Source: Alphaproteobacteria bacterium
Lineage (GTDB): Bacteria > Pseudomonadota > Alphaproteobacteria > Micavibrionales > Micavibrionaceae
NCBI GenBank assembly: GCA_039808845.1
Contig: JBDHTS010000001.1
Coordinates: forward strand, 1 to 49,993
Length of the DNA stretch: 49,993 nucleotides
Reading direction: 5' to 3'
Position 1 is the first letter of the stretch, and the number at the start of each line of letters is the position of its first letter. Under the pieces are notes generated by a model. The model saw only the letters and a program-made list of their open reading frames with translations. It was not told where the DNA came from and ran no database searches. Shown here piece after piece: positions 1-9,576 of this stretch. The translations under genes were made by a program, and so were the position numbers.

Positions 1-1184
1 TCCAGATAGCCTTTTCCGGCCATTTCCTTTTCCAGGATGTCAAGCTGGCGGTTATCGAGGAACAGCCGGAGATCGCCCACTTCGGTGAAGTCGATCAGCG
101 TCGTCAGGAAAGTGGCTGACGCGATTTCGCCGGAACGTCCGTGCTCGGCCAGCCAGGCGAGGGCGATGGAGAGCAGGGTGCCGCCGATGCAGTATCCCGC
201 CACGTTGCAGGCGCGCTGGCCCGTGCCTTCGCGGATTTTCTCCAGCGCTTCGAGCAAGCCTTCCTTCAGGTAATCCTCGAACTGCACGTCCGCAAGATCG
301 CGTCCCGGATTCACCCATGAAATCATGAAAACCGTATGGCCCTGGCCGACAAGCCATTTGACGAGCGAGTTTTCGGGGCGTAAGTCGAGGATATAATATT
401 TGTTGATCCATGGCGGCACGATCAACAGCGGCGTCTCGAAAACTTTTTCGGTCGTAGGTTCGTATTGAATCAGCTGCATCAGCCGGTTCTGCCATATGAC
501 CTTGCCCGGCGTGACGGCGAGGTTGCGCCCGACCTCGAACGCGCTGTAATCCGTCGTGCTGATTTTCAGCATACCCCGGCCGCGTTCCATGTCCTCGATC
601 AGATGCTCCAGGCCGCGGATCAGGTTTTCGCCCTTGCTTTCGATGGTTTCCTTCAGGACTTCCGGATTGGTCAGCAGGAAGTTGCTGGGCGAGATCGCGT
701 CGATGAATTGCCGCGTATAGAAATCGATCTTCCGCCGCGTCTCCGCGTCCATCCCCGGGGCTGCATCGACCAGTTTCCCGATCCATTGGCCGGTCATCAG
801 ATAAGACTGTTTCACGAAATCGAAAAACGCGCTTTCCTGCCAGGCCGGGGATTTGAAGCGGCGGTCGGCGGGATCCGGCTGGTAAAGGGTTTTTCCCGGT
901 TCCCCCAGGAACTTCATTGCGCTTTCCCGGCACAGGGTCAGCCAGTCGGACCACAGCTGAGTCTGCAGATCGGCGTATTTCTGCGGGTCCGACCACAGGC
1001 CGTTGATAAACCGGATATAGGCCGGGCTGATGTTCAGCGGATCGAGCGGGTGGTCGCGCGCTTCAGCTTCCTGCCGTTGCAGGAAGGCGCTGATGGCCGG
1101 CTGGGCACGCTGCATGACATCCATCATGATGCGCCCGAACACGATGGGATCGGTGAAGGGATTTTCGCTATCCGGCTGTTTCAT
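1..1184 (-). CDS. phaC: Class I polyhydroxyalkanoate synthase, N-terminal ~394 codons (3' end lies beyond the window start)
   Basis: Absent from the ORF track because it is open at the window edge. My reverse-complement translation from CAT 1182-1184 reads MKQPDSENPFTDPIVF...PLLIVPPWINKYYILDL...WVNPGRDLADVQFEDYL...NVAGYCIGGTLLSIALAW, which includes the G-x-C-x-G lipase box of PHA synthases. Listed ORFs 52..996(-) and 465..1316(+) are shadow frames of this gene. Confidence 0.88.
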   Translation of the reverse strand, partial: MKQPDSENPFTDPIVFGRIMMDVMQRAQPAISAFLQRQEAEARDHPLDPLNISPAYIRFINGLWSDPQKYADLQTQLWSDWLTLCRESAMKFLGEPGKTLYQPDPADRRFKSPAWQESAFFDFVKQSYLMTGQWIGKLVDAAPGMDAETRRKIDFYTRQFIDAISPSNFLLTNPEVLKETIESKGENLIRGLEHLIEDMERGRGMLKISTTDYSAFEVGRNLAVTPGKVIWQNRLMQLIQYEPTTEKVFETPLLIVPPWINKYYILDLRPENSLVKWLVGQGHTVFMISWVNPGRDLADVQFEDYLKEGLLEALEKIREGTGQRACNVAGYCIGGTLLSIALAWLAEHGRSGEIASATFLTTLIDFTEVGDLRLFLDNRQLDILEKEMAGKGYL

Positions 1185-1337
1185 GGTGCTGTTCACGGAT
1201 ATCCCGCGAGAAGGAAGGCTTCGGACAGAATACGGAACCCGCCCCGGAAACGCAAGGTTTTGAACAGGCTTGAAACTTCCGGATATTTAGGCCACCATGG
1301 CCGCAGTTATGATTAATGCCTGCCCCGGAGGCTGTGC

Positions 1338-2177
1338 TTGACCCTTCTTTCCCGTCTCTCCCGTCTGATGCTGATAGCGGTTTTGCTCACGGTTCTCGGC
1401 GGTTGTGAGTATCTGGGGCTTGACGAACGTGAGTCGCCGCAGGTGGAGCAAGTCCCGGTTTCCGTCGAACCCTTGCCGTCAACCAGCAGCCTGGTTGCTG
1501 CCGATTCCATGGCGGCAACGGTACCTGTGCCCGCGCAGGATTATGCGACCCTGACCCGGCAGCAGACCGATGGCAGCGTACAATTGTTCAGCCTTGAGGA
1601 TGAAGCTGCGCCGGCGTCTTCGGGTTATGCCCTTGGCGCTGTCGAGTCGTCTTCGGCCTACGCGTCTACAGCACAGCCCCAGGGCGTTCCGTTCAGGGGC
1701 GACCCCAACGTGACGGTGTTCCCGATGGGATCCGAAGGCAGCGTGCCGGGTGTCGCGCCTGCGCCATCCGATTCTATCGTGGCGATGGGCGGCGGCAGTT
1801 TCCCCATGCTGACTTCCGCGCCGGAAGGCCCCAGCGCCGGGCGGATTTATTTTCGCCATGGTTCCTCCAGGCTAGGCGACCTTGATCGCGCGTTTCTGGC
1901 GAAAGTGGCGGATTCGGCAGGAAACAGCCGCCTCGTCATTCTTGAGGGCCATGCCAGCCCCCGGACAGGCATTGATGATGTCAAGGAAAGCCATATCGCC
2001 AACCTGAAAATGTCCATGAAGCGCGTGCTGGCCATCGCCCAGGAACTGATCCGGCGCGGCGTCCCGGCGGAGAATATCCGTACCAGCGCGATGGGCGACA
2101 TCAAGCCGGCCGCACAGGTTGATCCCTCGAAGGATAACGAATCCCAGCAACGCCGCGTGGAAATCTATACCCAGTGA
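1338..2177 (+). CDS. OmpA-family lipoprotein (OmpA/MotB-like C-terminal domain)
   Basis: 279-aa ORF. The N-terminus MTLLSRLSRLMLIAVLLTVLGGC is a lipobox signal peptide. The C-terminus (LVILEGHASPRTG...NLKMSMKRVLAIAQELIRRGVPAENIRTSAMGD...SQQRRVEIY) is OmpA-like. The stop overlaps the hom start (GTGA). Confidence 0.8.
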   Translation: MTLLSRLSRLMLIAVLLTVLGGCEYLGLDERESPQVEQVPVSVEPLPSTSSLVAADSMAATVPVPAQDYATLTRQQTDGSVQLFSLEDEAAPASSGYALGAVESSSAYASTAQPQGVPFRGDPNVTVFPMGSEGSVPGVAPAPSDSIVAMGGGSFPMLTSAPEGPSAGRIYFRHGSSRLGDLDRAFLAKVADSAGNSRLVILEGHASPRTGIDDVKESHIANLKMSMKRVLAIAQELIRRGVPAENIRTSAMGDIKPAAQVDPSKDNESQQRRVEIYTQ

Positions 2178-3469
2178 GCACCGCGCCTCTCCGCATCGGG
2201 ATCGTCGGGCTTGGCACCGTGGGAACGGGGGTCGTCAAGATCCTTGAAAACCATGGCGGCCTGATCGCGGCCCGCACGGGGCGGAGGATCGAGATCGGCG
2301 CCGTCTCCGCGCGCGATAAAACCAAGGCGCGCGGCGTGGATCTGACCCGTTACCGCTGGGCCGATGACCCGCTTTCGCTGGTTCAGGACCAGAAAATCGA
2401 CGCCGTCGTCGAACTGGCGGGCGGCGCGGACGGTATCGCCGGGCAACTGGTCCGCGCCTGCCTGAAAGCGGGCAAGCCGGTTGTGACCGCCAATAAGGCC
2501 TTGCTGGCCCGCCACGGTTTTGAACTGGCGCAACTGGCGGAAACGCAGAAGGCGCCGCTGTTATACGAGGCGGCGGTCGCGGGCGGCATCCCGATCATCA
2601 AGGCGCTGCGCGAGGGGCTGGCGGCGAACGACATAAGGGCGCTTTACGGCATCCTGAACGGCACCTGCAATTATATCCTGACCGAGATGCGCGAGACGGG
2701 GAAGGATTTCGGCGTTGTGCTGAAGGCGGCGCAGACGCTGGGCTATGCAGAGGCGGACCCGTCCTTCGACATCGACGGCATCGACGCCGCGCACAAGCTG
2801 TGCCTGCTCAGCGCGCTGGCCTTCGGGCATCGTCCCGATTTCGAGCATCTGCCGGTTACCGGCATTCGGCACGTTTCGGCGAAGGACATCGCCTTCGCGG
2901 GCGAACTGGGATACCGGATCAAGCTGCTGGGCATCGCGCGGCGCGTCGATGGGCGCATCATGCAGCGTGTGGAACCGTGCCTGGTGCCCGCCGACAAGGA
3001 AATCGCGGGCGTCGAGGGCGTGTTCAACGCCGTGTTCGCGGAAACCGATTTCGCGGATGACAGCCTGTTCATCGGGCGCGGCGCGGGCGAGGGGCCGGCG
3101 GCCTCCGCCGTCGTGTCCGACCTCGTCGATCTGGCGCGGGGCCATAACCTGCCCGTGTTCGGCCTTCCGGCGGCGCAGCTGGCCGTGCCGGAATGGATCG
3201 ACGACGGCGCGGTGGTCAGCGAGTATTACGCGCGCATGGTGGTGCTGGACAAGCCGGGCGTGCTGGCCGACATATCCGCCATCCTGCGCGATCATTCGAT
3301 TTCAGTGGAATCCCTGCTGCAGCGCGGGCGCGATCCCGGCAAACCGGTCTCTATCGTGATGACGACCCATCCGGCACGCCACGCGGACATGATGGGCGCG
3401 GCGCAGGCGCTGGCCTCCCTCAAATCCCTGTCGCAGAAGCCCTGCGTCCTGCGCATCGAGACGTTTTAA
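2174..3469 (+). CDS. hom: Homoserine dehydrogenase
   Basis: 431 aa. It has an N-terminal Rossmann motif (RIGIVGLGTVGTGV), a catalytic core (NGTCNYILTEM, AQTLGYAEADPSFDIDGIDAAHKL) and a C-terminal ACT-like segment. Confidence 0.95.
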   Translation: MSTAPLRIGIVGLGTVGTGVVKILENHGGLIAARTGRRIEIGAVSARDKTKARGVDLTRYRWADDPLSLVQDQKIDAVVELAGGADGIAGQLVRACLKAGKPVVTANKALLARHGFELAQLAETQKAPLLYEAAVAGGIPIIKALREGLAANDIRALYGILNGTCNYILTEMRETGKDFGVVLKAAQTLGYAEADPSFDIDGIDAAHKLCLLSALAFGHRPDFEHLPVTGIRHVSAKDIAFAGELGYRIKLLGIARRVDGRIMQRVEPCLVPADKEIAGVEGVFNAVFAETDFADDSLFIGRGAGEGPAASAVVSDLVDLARGHNLPVFGLPAAQLAVPEWIDDGAVVSEYYARMVVLDKPGVLADISAILRDHSISVESLLQRGRDPGKPVSIVMTTHPARHADMMGAAQALASLKSLSQKPCVLRIETF

Positions 3470-3512
3470 TCCCTGTCGTCAGAACGGCGGGAATCATCTA
3501 TAATTCCCTATC

Positions 3513-5360
3513 ATGAGTCTTTCTGCCAATACTTCTTCATCCTCCGGGATTCAGGTCGACCGTTCGTTTCTCGATGCGCGCTGGGTGTTCGCCAGGGCGG
3601 AGATGGACCGGGTCGAGCCTCTTATGCGGCGGCACGGTCTGCCGGAAATCGTGGCGCGGCTGCTCTGTGCGCGCAATGTGCCGGACGAGGCGATCGAAAG
3701 CTTTATCGACCCGAAGCTATCGCGGGACTTTCCCGATCCGCTGACCCTTGCCGGAATGAAGGAGGCAGCGGAATATCTTGCTTCCGCTATCCGGAACAAG
3801 CGCACCATCGCTGTATTCGGGGATTTCGACGTGGACGGCGCGACGGCGACGGCGGTGCTCGTCCGCTTCCTGCGCCATTGCGGGATCGACGCGCCGTTTT
3901 ATATCCCCGACCGCATGGCGGAGGGCTATGGCCCCAATGTGAACGCCCTGCGGACGTTGAAAGAGCGCGGCGCGGAAATCGTCATCATGGCCGATTGCGG
4001 GATTACCGCCTTCGACGTGATAGCGCAAGGCCGGGTGCTGGGGCTCGACATCGTCGTTCTGGACCATCACGAGGCGGAGGAAACGCTGCCACCCGCCAAC
4101 CATATCATCAACCCGAAGCGGAAGGACGACGCCTCCGGCCTGACCATGCTGGCCGCCTGCGGCGTCGCCTTCATGATGTGTGTGGCCGTCAATACCTGCC
4201 TGAAACGCGACGGGTTTTTCGCGGAACGTCCGCCCGCGCCGCTGAAGGACTGGCTGGACATCATCGCGCTGGGCACGGTGTGCGACATGGTGCCGCTGAC
4301 AAACGTCAACCGCCTGTTCGTCCGCACCGGCTTCGCCCTGATGGCGCGAAAGAACAATCCGGGCCTCCGGTCGCTGTGCGAGGTGGCGCGGGTCACGGGC
4401 GACCCGAATGCGTATCATGCCGGGTTCGTTATCGGACCGCGCATCAACGCGGGCAGCCGGGTTCATCAGGCGGATCTCGGCGCGCGGCTTCTCTGCACGG
4501 ACGACGCGGAGGAGGCGCGGAACATCGCTTTCACGCTGGAGGACTGCAACGCCCACCGCCGGGAATTGCAGCAGGAGATGATGGCCCAAGCGGTTGCGCT
4601 GGTGGAGGCGCAGGGCCTGCATGAACAGCCGGTCATAGTCATTGGTGACGAGCGCTGGCATCCCGGTCTTTCCGGCCTGGTGGCCGGGCGGCTCAAGGAA
4701 AAATACAACAAGCCCGCCATCGTGATCGCCTATACGCCGGGGCCGAACGGCCTGCTGGAAGGGCGCGGGTCGGGGCGCTCCGTTCCCGGCGTCAATCTCG
4801 GCGCGATCTTCATCGAGGCGCGGAATGGCGGCCTGCTGCTGAAAGGCGGCGGGCACGCTATGGCGGCGGGGTTCACGCTGGACCCTGCGCAATTGTCCGC
4901 CTTCGCCCTGTTCGTGCGCGAACAGGCGGCGCGGCAGATGGACGGCATGGCCGCCGCGACCGAAACCGGCATCGACGGCCTGCTGACCGTGCGCGGCGCG
5001 GGGGTGGCGCTCGCCAAAATCCTGCACGGCCAGATCGGGCCGTTCGGGGCGGGGCATCCGGAGCCGGTTTTCGCCTTCATCCATGTGCGCGTGGCAGAGG
5101 CGCGGGTGGTGGGCAGCCACCATGTCAGCTGTATGCTCAGCGACTGGGAAGGTGGCGGGCGGCTGAAAGCCGTGGCTTTCCACGCCGCCGAAACGCCGCT
5201 GGGCCGCGCCCTTTTAAAACAAGGCCATACCGCCCCCCTGCACGTGGCGGGCAGCCTGAAACTCGATACCTGGAACGGCCAGGAACGGGTGGAACTGCAC
5301 ATCGCGGACGCCGCCCCGGCCCTGGCGGCCATGGAGGGCGTTATGGGCCTGGTGTGCTGA
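3513..5360 (+). CDS. recJ: Single-stranded-DNA-specific exonuclease RecJ
   Basis: 615 aa. DHH-family motifs are present: AVFGDFDVDGATA, VVLDHHE and the DHHA1 motif GGGHAMAAG. Confidence 0.95.
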   Translation: MSLSANTSSSSGIQVDRSFLDARWVFARAEMDRVEPLMRRHGLPEIVARLLCARNVPDEAIESFIDPKLSRDFPDPLTLAGMKEAAEYLASAIRNKRTIAVFGDFDVDGATATAVLVRFLRHCGIDAPFYIPDRMAEGYGPNVNALRTLKERGAEIVIMADCGITAFDVIAQGRVLGLDIVVLDHHEAEETLPPANHIINPKRKDDASGLTMLAACGVAFMMCVAVNTCLKRDGFFAERPPAPLKDWLDIIALGTVCDMVPLTNVNRLFVRTGFALMARKNNPGLRSLCEVARVTGDPNAYHAGFVIGPRINAGSRVHQADLGARLLCTDDAEEARNIAFTLEDCNAHRRELQQEMMAQAVALVEAQGLHEQPVIVIGDERWHPGLSGLVAGRLKEKYNKPAIVIAYTPGPNGLLEGRGSGRSVPGVNLGAIFIEARNGGLLLKGGGHAMAAGFTLDPAQLSAFALFVREQAARQMDGMAAATETGIDGLLTVRGAGVALAKILHGQIGPFGAGHPEPVFAFIHVRVAEARVVGSHHVSCMLSDWEGGGRLKAVAFHAAETPLGRALLKQGHTAPLHVAGSLKLDTWNGQERVELHIADAAPALAAMEGVMGLVC

Positions 5361-5422
5361 GGAAAAATCAAGCTTGCAATCCCGCCCCCAAACCCATTAT
5401 ATATCACCGTCTTGAAGCAAAG

Positions 5423-5498
5423 GTCCCCTTCGTCTAGAGGCCTAGGACACCTCCCTTTCACGGAGGCGACACGGGTTCGAATCCCGTAGGGGACGCCA
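5423..5498 (+). tRNA. tRNA-Glu (anticodon TTC), CCA encoded
   Basis: Acceptor stem GTCCCCT/AGGGGAC, anticodon arm CCTCC-CTTTCAC-GGAGG, T arm GGGTTCGAATCCC; 76 nt. Confidence 0.95.
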
Positions 5499-5535
5499 AT
5501 TTGTAATGTTTTTTTAAGCTAAGTATTCATAAGCT

Positions 5536-6159
5536 TTAAAGTTTTACAATTTGATCTGATATTTCATTTATATCGTCTGCGCCGTTTGGAAAATGCAGCG
5601 CCAGAAGATCGCCGCAGGCTTTCGCAGATTCGACCAATGCATCCCCTGCGGGGCGGGTACGGAGATCATCGCTTAAACGAGCCGCAAGATCGGTCCATGT
5701 CTGATCCGGCACTTTTTCATCGATGCCCCGGTCGACGACGATCTCGATGCGTTGCTCGCGGAAAGATACGGCAATCATGATGCCGTTGCGCTCTTTCGTG
5801 CGATCAAGACCGTTGGCGCAGAAGTGCCGGATCGCTAGCGCGCGCAGGGCTTTTTGCCGCCAGATGTCCGGAACGAACCAAAGAATCAGGCCAGTCGTTT
5901 CCAGCAGAATGAGAACGGAAAGAAACGTGGCGACGACCAGGGTCGCCGTTACGCCCGGACCGTGCCATGGAAAAAGCAGAGGGAATAAAGACAGGGAAGC
6001 GAGGGCCGCGGTCCCGGCTGCGATCAAGGCAGCGATAGTGTAAGGGCTTGCCTGCCGCGCCACGGCGACGATGATCTCACCGGACGTGCGCCGTTCCGCC
6101 GCGCGTATGGCTTCGGTTATCCGGTTCTGTTCGTCCTGTGTCAAAACCATCTCTACCAT
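5536..6159 (-). CDS. TPM-domain membrane protein (TLP18.3/Psb32/MOLO-1 phosphatase-like family)
   Basis: 207 aa. The N-terminal segment (LTQDEQNRITEAIRAAERRTSGEIIVAVA) and later GIMIAVSFREQRIEIVVDRGI are typical TPM signatures, and two transmembrane helices lie between them. It is the last gene of the lemA operon and overlaps the upstream gene. Confidence 0.75.
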   Translation of the reverse strand: MVEMVLTQDEQNRITEAIRAAERRTSGEIIVAVARQASPYTIAALIAAGTAALASLSLFPLLFPWHGPGVTATLVVATFLSVLILLETTGLILWFVPDIWRQKALRALAIRHFCANGLDRTKERNGIMIAVSFREQRIEIVVDRGIDEKVPDQTWTDLAARLSDDLRTRPAGDALVESAKACGDLLALHFPNGADDINEISDQIVKL

Positions 6160-6884
6160 CGGCCCGACGCGCCCCCGCCGCCAAAACCGCCGCCGCTGCC
6201 GCGAAAGCCGCCGCCGCCGAAGCCGCCGCGGCGGGAAGAGCGGCCCAAAGTCGAGCCGAGAATGATCGGCCCCATGACGGAGCCGCTCCGCCGCGAGCGA
6301 ACTATCATGAAATAAAACAGGATCAGCAGCACAATCACGGGCCAGGGCAGAGGATCGTCCTGATCTTCGTTCGGGGGCAGTTGTGCCGCCAGCTGTTCGC
6401 TCGTCGTGCCGCCCAGAACGGACAGCGCGGCTTGCGTGCCCTCCACAATCCCTTTATTGAAATCGCCCGCGCGGAAAGCGGGCAGCATGACGCGGTTGAT
6501 GATCAGGGCGCTGGCCGCGTCGGTCAGGCGGTCTTCGAGACCGTAGCCGATCTCCAGCCGCGTCTGACGGTCGTTGGGCGCGACGATCAAAAGCGCGCCG
6601 TTGTCCCTGCCCTTCTGCCCGATGCCCCAATGCCGGCCAAGCTGATACCCGAAGTCCTCGATAGGCATCCCTTGAAGATCCGGCACGGTGACGACAACGA
6701 ACTGCTCGCCCGTCATCTGTTCATGCCGTTGCAGCGTGTCGTTCAAAAGCGCGCGATTTTCAAGCGTCAGCAACGCCGCGTCGTCGACCACGCGGCCGCT
6801 GAGGGCAGGAAAAGCAGGCTCCGCCCGCGCCGCCATCGGCCACAGGAGCAGGGCTAGCAGAAGGATAAGAAGCCTCTGCCGCAT
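6153..6884 (-). CDS. TPM-domain protein, YgcG-like, with signal peptide, TM helix and Gly-rich tail
   Basis: I prefer the start at M18 of the listed ORF (CAT 6882-6884), giving MRQRLLILLLALLLWPMAARA. Supporting motifs are GRVVDDAALL, EQFVVVTVPDLQG, NGALLIVAPNDRQTRLEIGYGLE and the tail GGFGGGGFRGSGGGFGGGGASGRW. Confidence 0.8.
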   Translation of the reverse strand: MRQRLLILLLALLLWPMAARAEPAFPALSGRVVDDAALLTLENRALLNDTLQRHEQMTGEQFVVVTVPDLQGMPIEDFGYQLGRHWGIGQKGRDNGALLIVAPNDRQTRLEIGYGLEDRLTDAASALIINRVMLPAFRAGDFNKGIVEGTQAALSVLGGTTSEQLAAQLPPNEDQDDPLPWPVIVLLILFYFMIVRSRRSGSVMGPIILGSTLGRSSRRGGFGGGGFRGSGGGFGGGGASGRW

Positions 6885-6885
6885 G

Positions 6886-7506
6886 TCAGTTGAACTTGAC
6901 GGCGGGCGCGTTCTCCGCGCCTTCCGGCGCTGCAAAGGTCTGTTTCGGTTTCGCGCCGTAGATCTTCGCCCAGATCAGGCCGGGAAATGTGCGCACTTGC
7001 GTATTATACGTCTGCACGGCGGCTATATAATCGCGCCGGGCCACGGCGATGCGGTTCTCCGTGCCTTCAAGCTGCGACTGCAGAGCAATGAAATTGTCGT
7101 TGGCTTTCAGGTTCGGGTACTGCTCCGCGACGACCATCAGGCGCGCCAGCGCGCCGCCCAGTTGCGATTGCGACTGTTCAAAATTCTTCACGGCTTCGGG
7201 ATCGCTGAGCATCTGGGGCGACAAGGTGACGCTGGTGGCCTTGGCGCGCGCTTCGATCACGTCTTTCAGAGTCTGGTTCTCGTGTTTCGCATAGCCTTTG
7301 ACCGTTTCAACCAGGTTGGGCACCAGGTCGGCGCGTCGCTTGTACTGGTTTTCTACCTGCGCCCAGGCCGCGTTAACCTGTTCGTCCAGCGTCGGGATTG
7401 TGTTCACGCCGCAACCGGACAGAAACAGAGACGAGATCAGAAGCGCCGTCAGAACAAAAAAGCGTTCAAAAACGACGAAGGGACGGGAAGGGGAACGGAC
7501 CGGCAT
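6886..7506 (-). CDS. lemA: LemA family protein
   Basis: 206 aa with an N-terminal anchor/lipobox (LFLSGCG). The core NAAWAQVENQYKRRADLVPNLVETVKGYAKHE...NFIALQSQLEGTENRIAVARRDYIAAVQTYN is the LemA signature. Confidence 0.9.
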   Translation of the reverse strand: MPVRSPSRPFVVFERFFVLTALLISSLFLSGCGVNTIPTLDEQVNAAWAQVENQYKRRADLVPNLVETVKGYAKHENQTLKDVIEARAKATSVTLSPQMLSDPEAVKNFEQSQSQLGGALARLMVVAEQYPNLKANDNFIALQSQLEGTENRIAVARRDYIAAVQTYNTQVRTFPGLIWAKIYGAKPKQTFAAPEGAENAPAVKFN

Positions 7507-7810
7507 GACTTATCCTTTGCTTATAATTCAATCATGTTAACGCTTTGCATTCTATTTTTGATCCGTTCCGCTAAAAGGCAACCGTCTAAATTCGTTTCTT
7601 TACAAGAAGGCGCGCTTTGTCTTATGGTGCGGTGCAAGAAAACGATTTGGTTTGAGCGTATGGATTGGTCGGCTTCACGGCTTCGACATCTCCCACAACC
7701 TTTTCCGGGGTTAGCCGATACGTTTTTTAAAAAGAAGAAGGCTTTTTTATTTTGGTACAGGGCGGGAATTTTCCCGCCTTTTTTATTGCCTTTTTCATGG
7801 TCCAAGGCGT

Positions 7811-7842
7811 TTTCAAACCACCACAAATTTCAAACCACCACA
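7811..7842 (+). repeat. Perfect 15-nt direct repeat tttcaaaccaccaca x2 (period 17 nt), just upstream of the RBS of ORF 7856
   Basis: Copies at 7811-7825 and 7828-7842, followed by gaaaggaaatcttATG. This is a candidate regulator binding site. Confidence 0.6.
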
Positions 7843-7855
7843 GAAAGGAAATCTT

Positions 7856-8155
7856 ATGAGCAATGATATTTATACTCACCAGCCACTCCCAACCCCGTTG
7901 CGAGAGAGATGGTGGAACGCCTCGCTGGAGGGCTATCAGAGGCAGCATGTTGGTGCCACGGCTGCCGAATTAACGGGGCTTCAAACGGCTTTGCATGAGG
8001 TTTTCACTAAATTGGAAAAAGAAGTGCGGACAGGGCGTCTTACTCTTCCCGGTGCCTCGAATTTTGTTATGCGTCATTCGACATCTCCACAATACGGTGA
8101 GGCTGTCCGTTCCGGCTTTATGATCGCTCAAGGGCCGGTGATACAGCGGAGATAA
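7856..8155 (+). CDS. Hypothetical 99-aa protein
   Basis: An SD-like aaagga lies upstream. The stop is 3 nt before the next ORF, whose own SD (ggag) lies inside this ORF's 3' end. I recognise no motif. Confidence 0.5.
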   Translation: MSNDIYTHQPLPTPLRERWWNASLEGYQRQHVGATAAELTGLQTALHEVFTKLEKEVRTGRLTLPGASNFVMRHSTSPQYGEAVRSGFMIAQGPVIQRR

Positions 8156-8158
8156 AAG

Positions 8159-9484
8159 ATGAAAGTAGGGTATCTGAACGCCGATATCGTCATCATCTCC
8201 GACGCGCATCTGGGGAAGGATTCCGCCAGCGCGGCGGCGCTGCTGGAATTTCTGCAGCAGGTCAAATGCAAGCGCCTGATCATCGCGGGCGACTTCATCG
8301 ATTTCTGGGAACTTGGAAAACGCAAGCACTGGCGGATGCCGGAAATGCATATCCGCATTCTCGATCAGATCAACAAGATGGTCGCCGAGGGCGTGGAGGC
8401 CATCTATACGCCGGGGAATCATGAGCCGGAGCTGCATCAGTCCCGTATTCTGGGCTGGGAATATTTCGGCATCAGGTTCATGCAGGCGTATAATTTCGTT
8501 CTGGCCGGAAAACGCGGGCGCGTTTCCCACGGCCATGAGTTCGATCAGCCGCTTACCGAGCGCGCGGGCGAACTGGCGCACAGTCTTGGGCTCAATCTCC
8601 ATATGATCGGAGTCTATGATTTCGCGCTGCGCCAGATGGTCAATGCGCAACGCCGATCGTTCTGGGGGCTTGGCAGGAAACGTTCGCTTTCAGAACGGCT
8701 TGCCACCATGACGCCGAAGCAGCTGGAAAAGGCGCTGGGCAATACCGACAAATGCATCATGGAGGAAGGCCACCGGGACGGAATCGGCATTCGCGGTTGC
8801 GGGCACAGCCATCAGCCGCGGGACGTCCGGGTCAATGGAACGCAGTATATCAATGCGGGAGACTGGGTGCAGAACCGGTCTGCCGCGATCATTGATTCCC
8901 AGGGGAATGGACGCATGGTAGACTGGGTCTATGAGCGAGAGGCGTTCGGCCTGACGGCGTTTCCTTCGGAGCACGATTCCAATCCTGCCCAAGCATACCG
9001 GGCCGTTTCCCTGAAGCAGCTGCGGATGATCCAGCGCCTGAGCCCGGGATGGAAGCGTCGTGAGACCTTGAAAGAGATTGCCAGATTAGAGCAGCGCGTC
9101 GAGAAAAAGGGCGAGCTGGCGGCCTTATGCAATCGACTGGGCGCTTATGCCGAAAACCTGATCCGCGAGGACCGGACGATGGATAAGGATCGGCATGGTG
9201 TGCGCCGTGTTCTGGATACGCTCCTTTGCGAATTCGAGGAAGCGATCGGACGGATCGAGCCAGACAACCAAGATCTGAAGAAAGTCAGGCTGGATAAAGC
9301 CTGGAAATGGCCGGTCGAAAGGCTGGCCTTCGTCTTCATCAGCGCCGCCAGAAAACTTGAGCGGGAGGCGCAAAAGGCTGAAACGAATCTGGCCGTGGAA
9401 CGCAAGAAGCTGCGTCCCTGGCATGACAGATCGGAGGCGAAGCCCGTGCCTGTGACCGCAGCGCCCTTATTGACGGTGGCCTGA
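8159..9484 (+). CDS. LpxH/YbbF-like calcineurin-type metallophosphoesterase with a ~190-aa charged C-terminal extension
   Basis: The metallophosphoesterase motifs occur in order: IISDAHLG, IAGDFIDFWE, TPGNHE, SHGHEFD, GCGHSHQP. At 441 aa it is far longer than a typical ~240-aa LpxH, and the C-terminal part is Arg/Glu/Lys-rich and helical-looking. Confidence 0.8.
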   Translation: MKVGYLNADIVIISDAHLGKDSASAAALLEFLQQVKCKRLIIAGDFIDFWELGKRKHWRMPEMHIRILDQINKMVAEGVEAIYTPGNHEPELHQSRILGWEYFGIRFMQAYNFVLAGKRGRVSHGHEFDQPLTERAGELAHSLGLNLHMIGVYDFALRQMVNAQRRSFWGLGRKRSLSERLATMTPKQLEKALGNTDKCIMEEGHRDGIGIRGCGHSHQPRDVRVNGTQYINAGDWVQNRSAAIIDSQGNGRMVDWVYEREAFGLTAFPSEHDSNPAQAYRAVSLKQLRMIQRLSPGWKRRETLKEIARLEQRVEKKGELAALCNRLGAYAENLIREDRTMDKDRHGVRRVLDTLLCEFEEAIGRIEPDNQDLKKVRLDKAWKWPVERLAFVFISAARKLEREAQKAETNLAVERKKLRPWHDRSEAKPVPVTAAPLLTVA

Positions 9485-9576
9485 AGGCCGTTTTTTATTG
9501 TTCGGCTTTGCAAGGCGCAGCGGTCTGTTCTAGAATGATTTTATAAAGACATAATTCAAAGGATTTGAGGGATGGG

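Noticed and set aside
465-1316. 283-aa plus-strand ORF, and the 314-aa minus-strand ORF 52..996, at the left edge.
   Set aside because: The real gene is phaC in a third frame (minus strand, open at the window edge). Its translation gives clean PHA-synthase motifs, while both listed ORFs are low-complexity shadows.
3717-5183. 488-aa ORF on the minus strand opposite recJ. Similar long antisense ORFs are 36116..37468 and 37577..38518 (opposite lon), 47959..49443 (opposite ABC-2), 18067..19164 (opposite rhlE), 29796..30992 (opposite tig), 43526..44650 (opposite the passenger gene), 19733..20686 (opposite lptD) and 14883..15803 (opposite tdh).
   Set aside because: All are Arg/Pro/Gly/His-rich with no recognisable motifs. 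They lie exactly antisense to genes with unambiguous family signatures. They are shadow frames expected in ~60% G+C DNA.
7521-7826. 101-aa minus-strand ORF, and the 3' tail of the 392-aa plus-strand ORF 6688..7866, in the lemA upstream spacer.
   Set aside because: The region is AT-rich with no SD and odd composition. The plus-strand ORF is mostly antisense to lemA and the TPM gene. I treat the region as non-coding, possibly regulatory or an sRNA.
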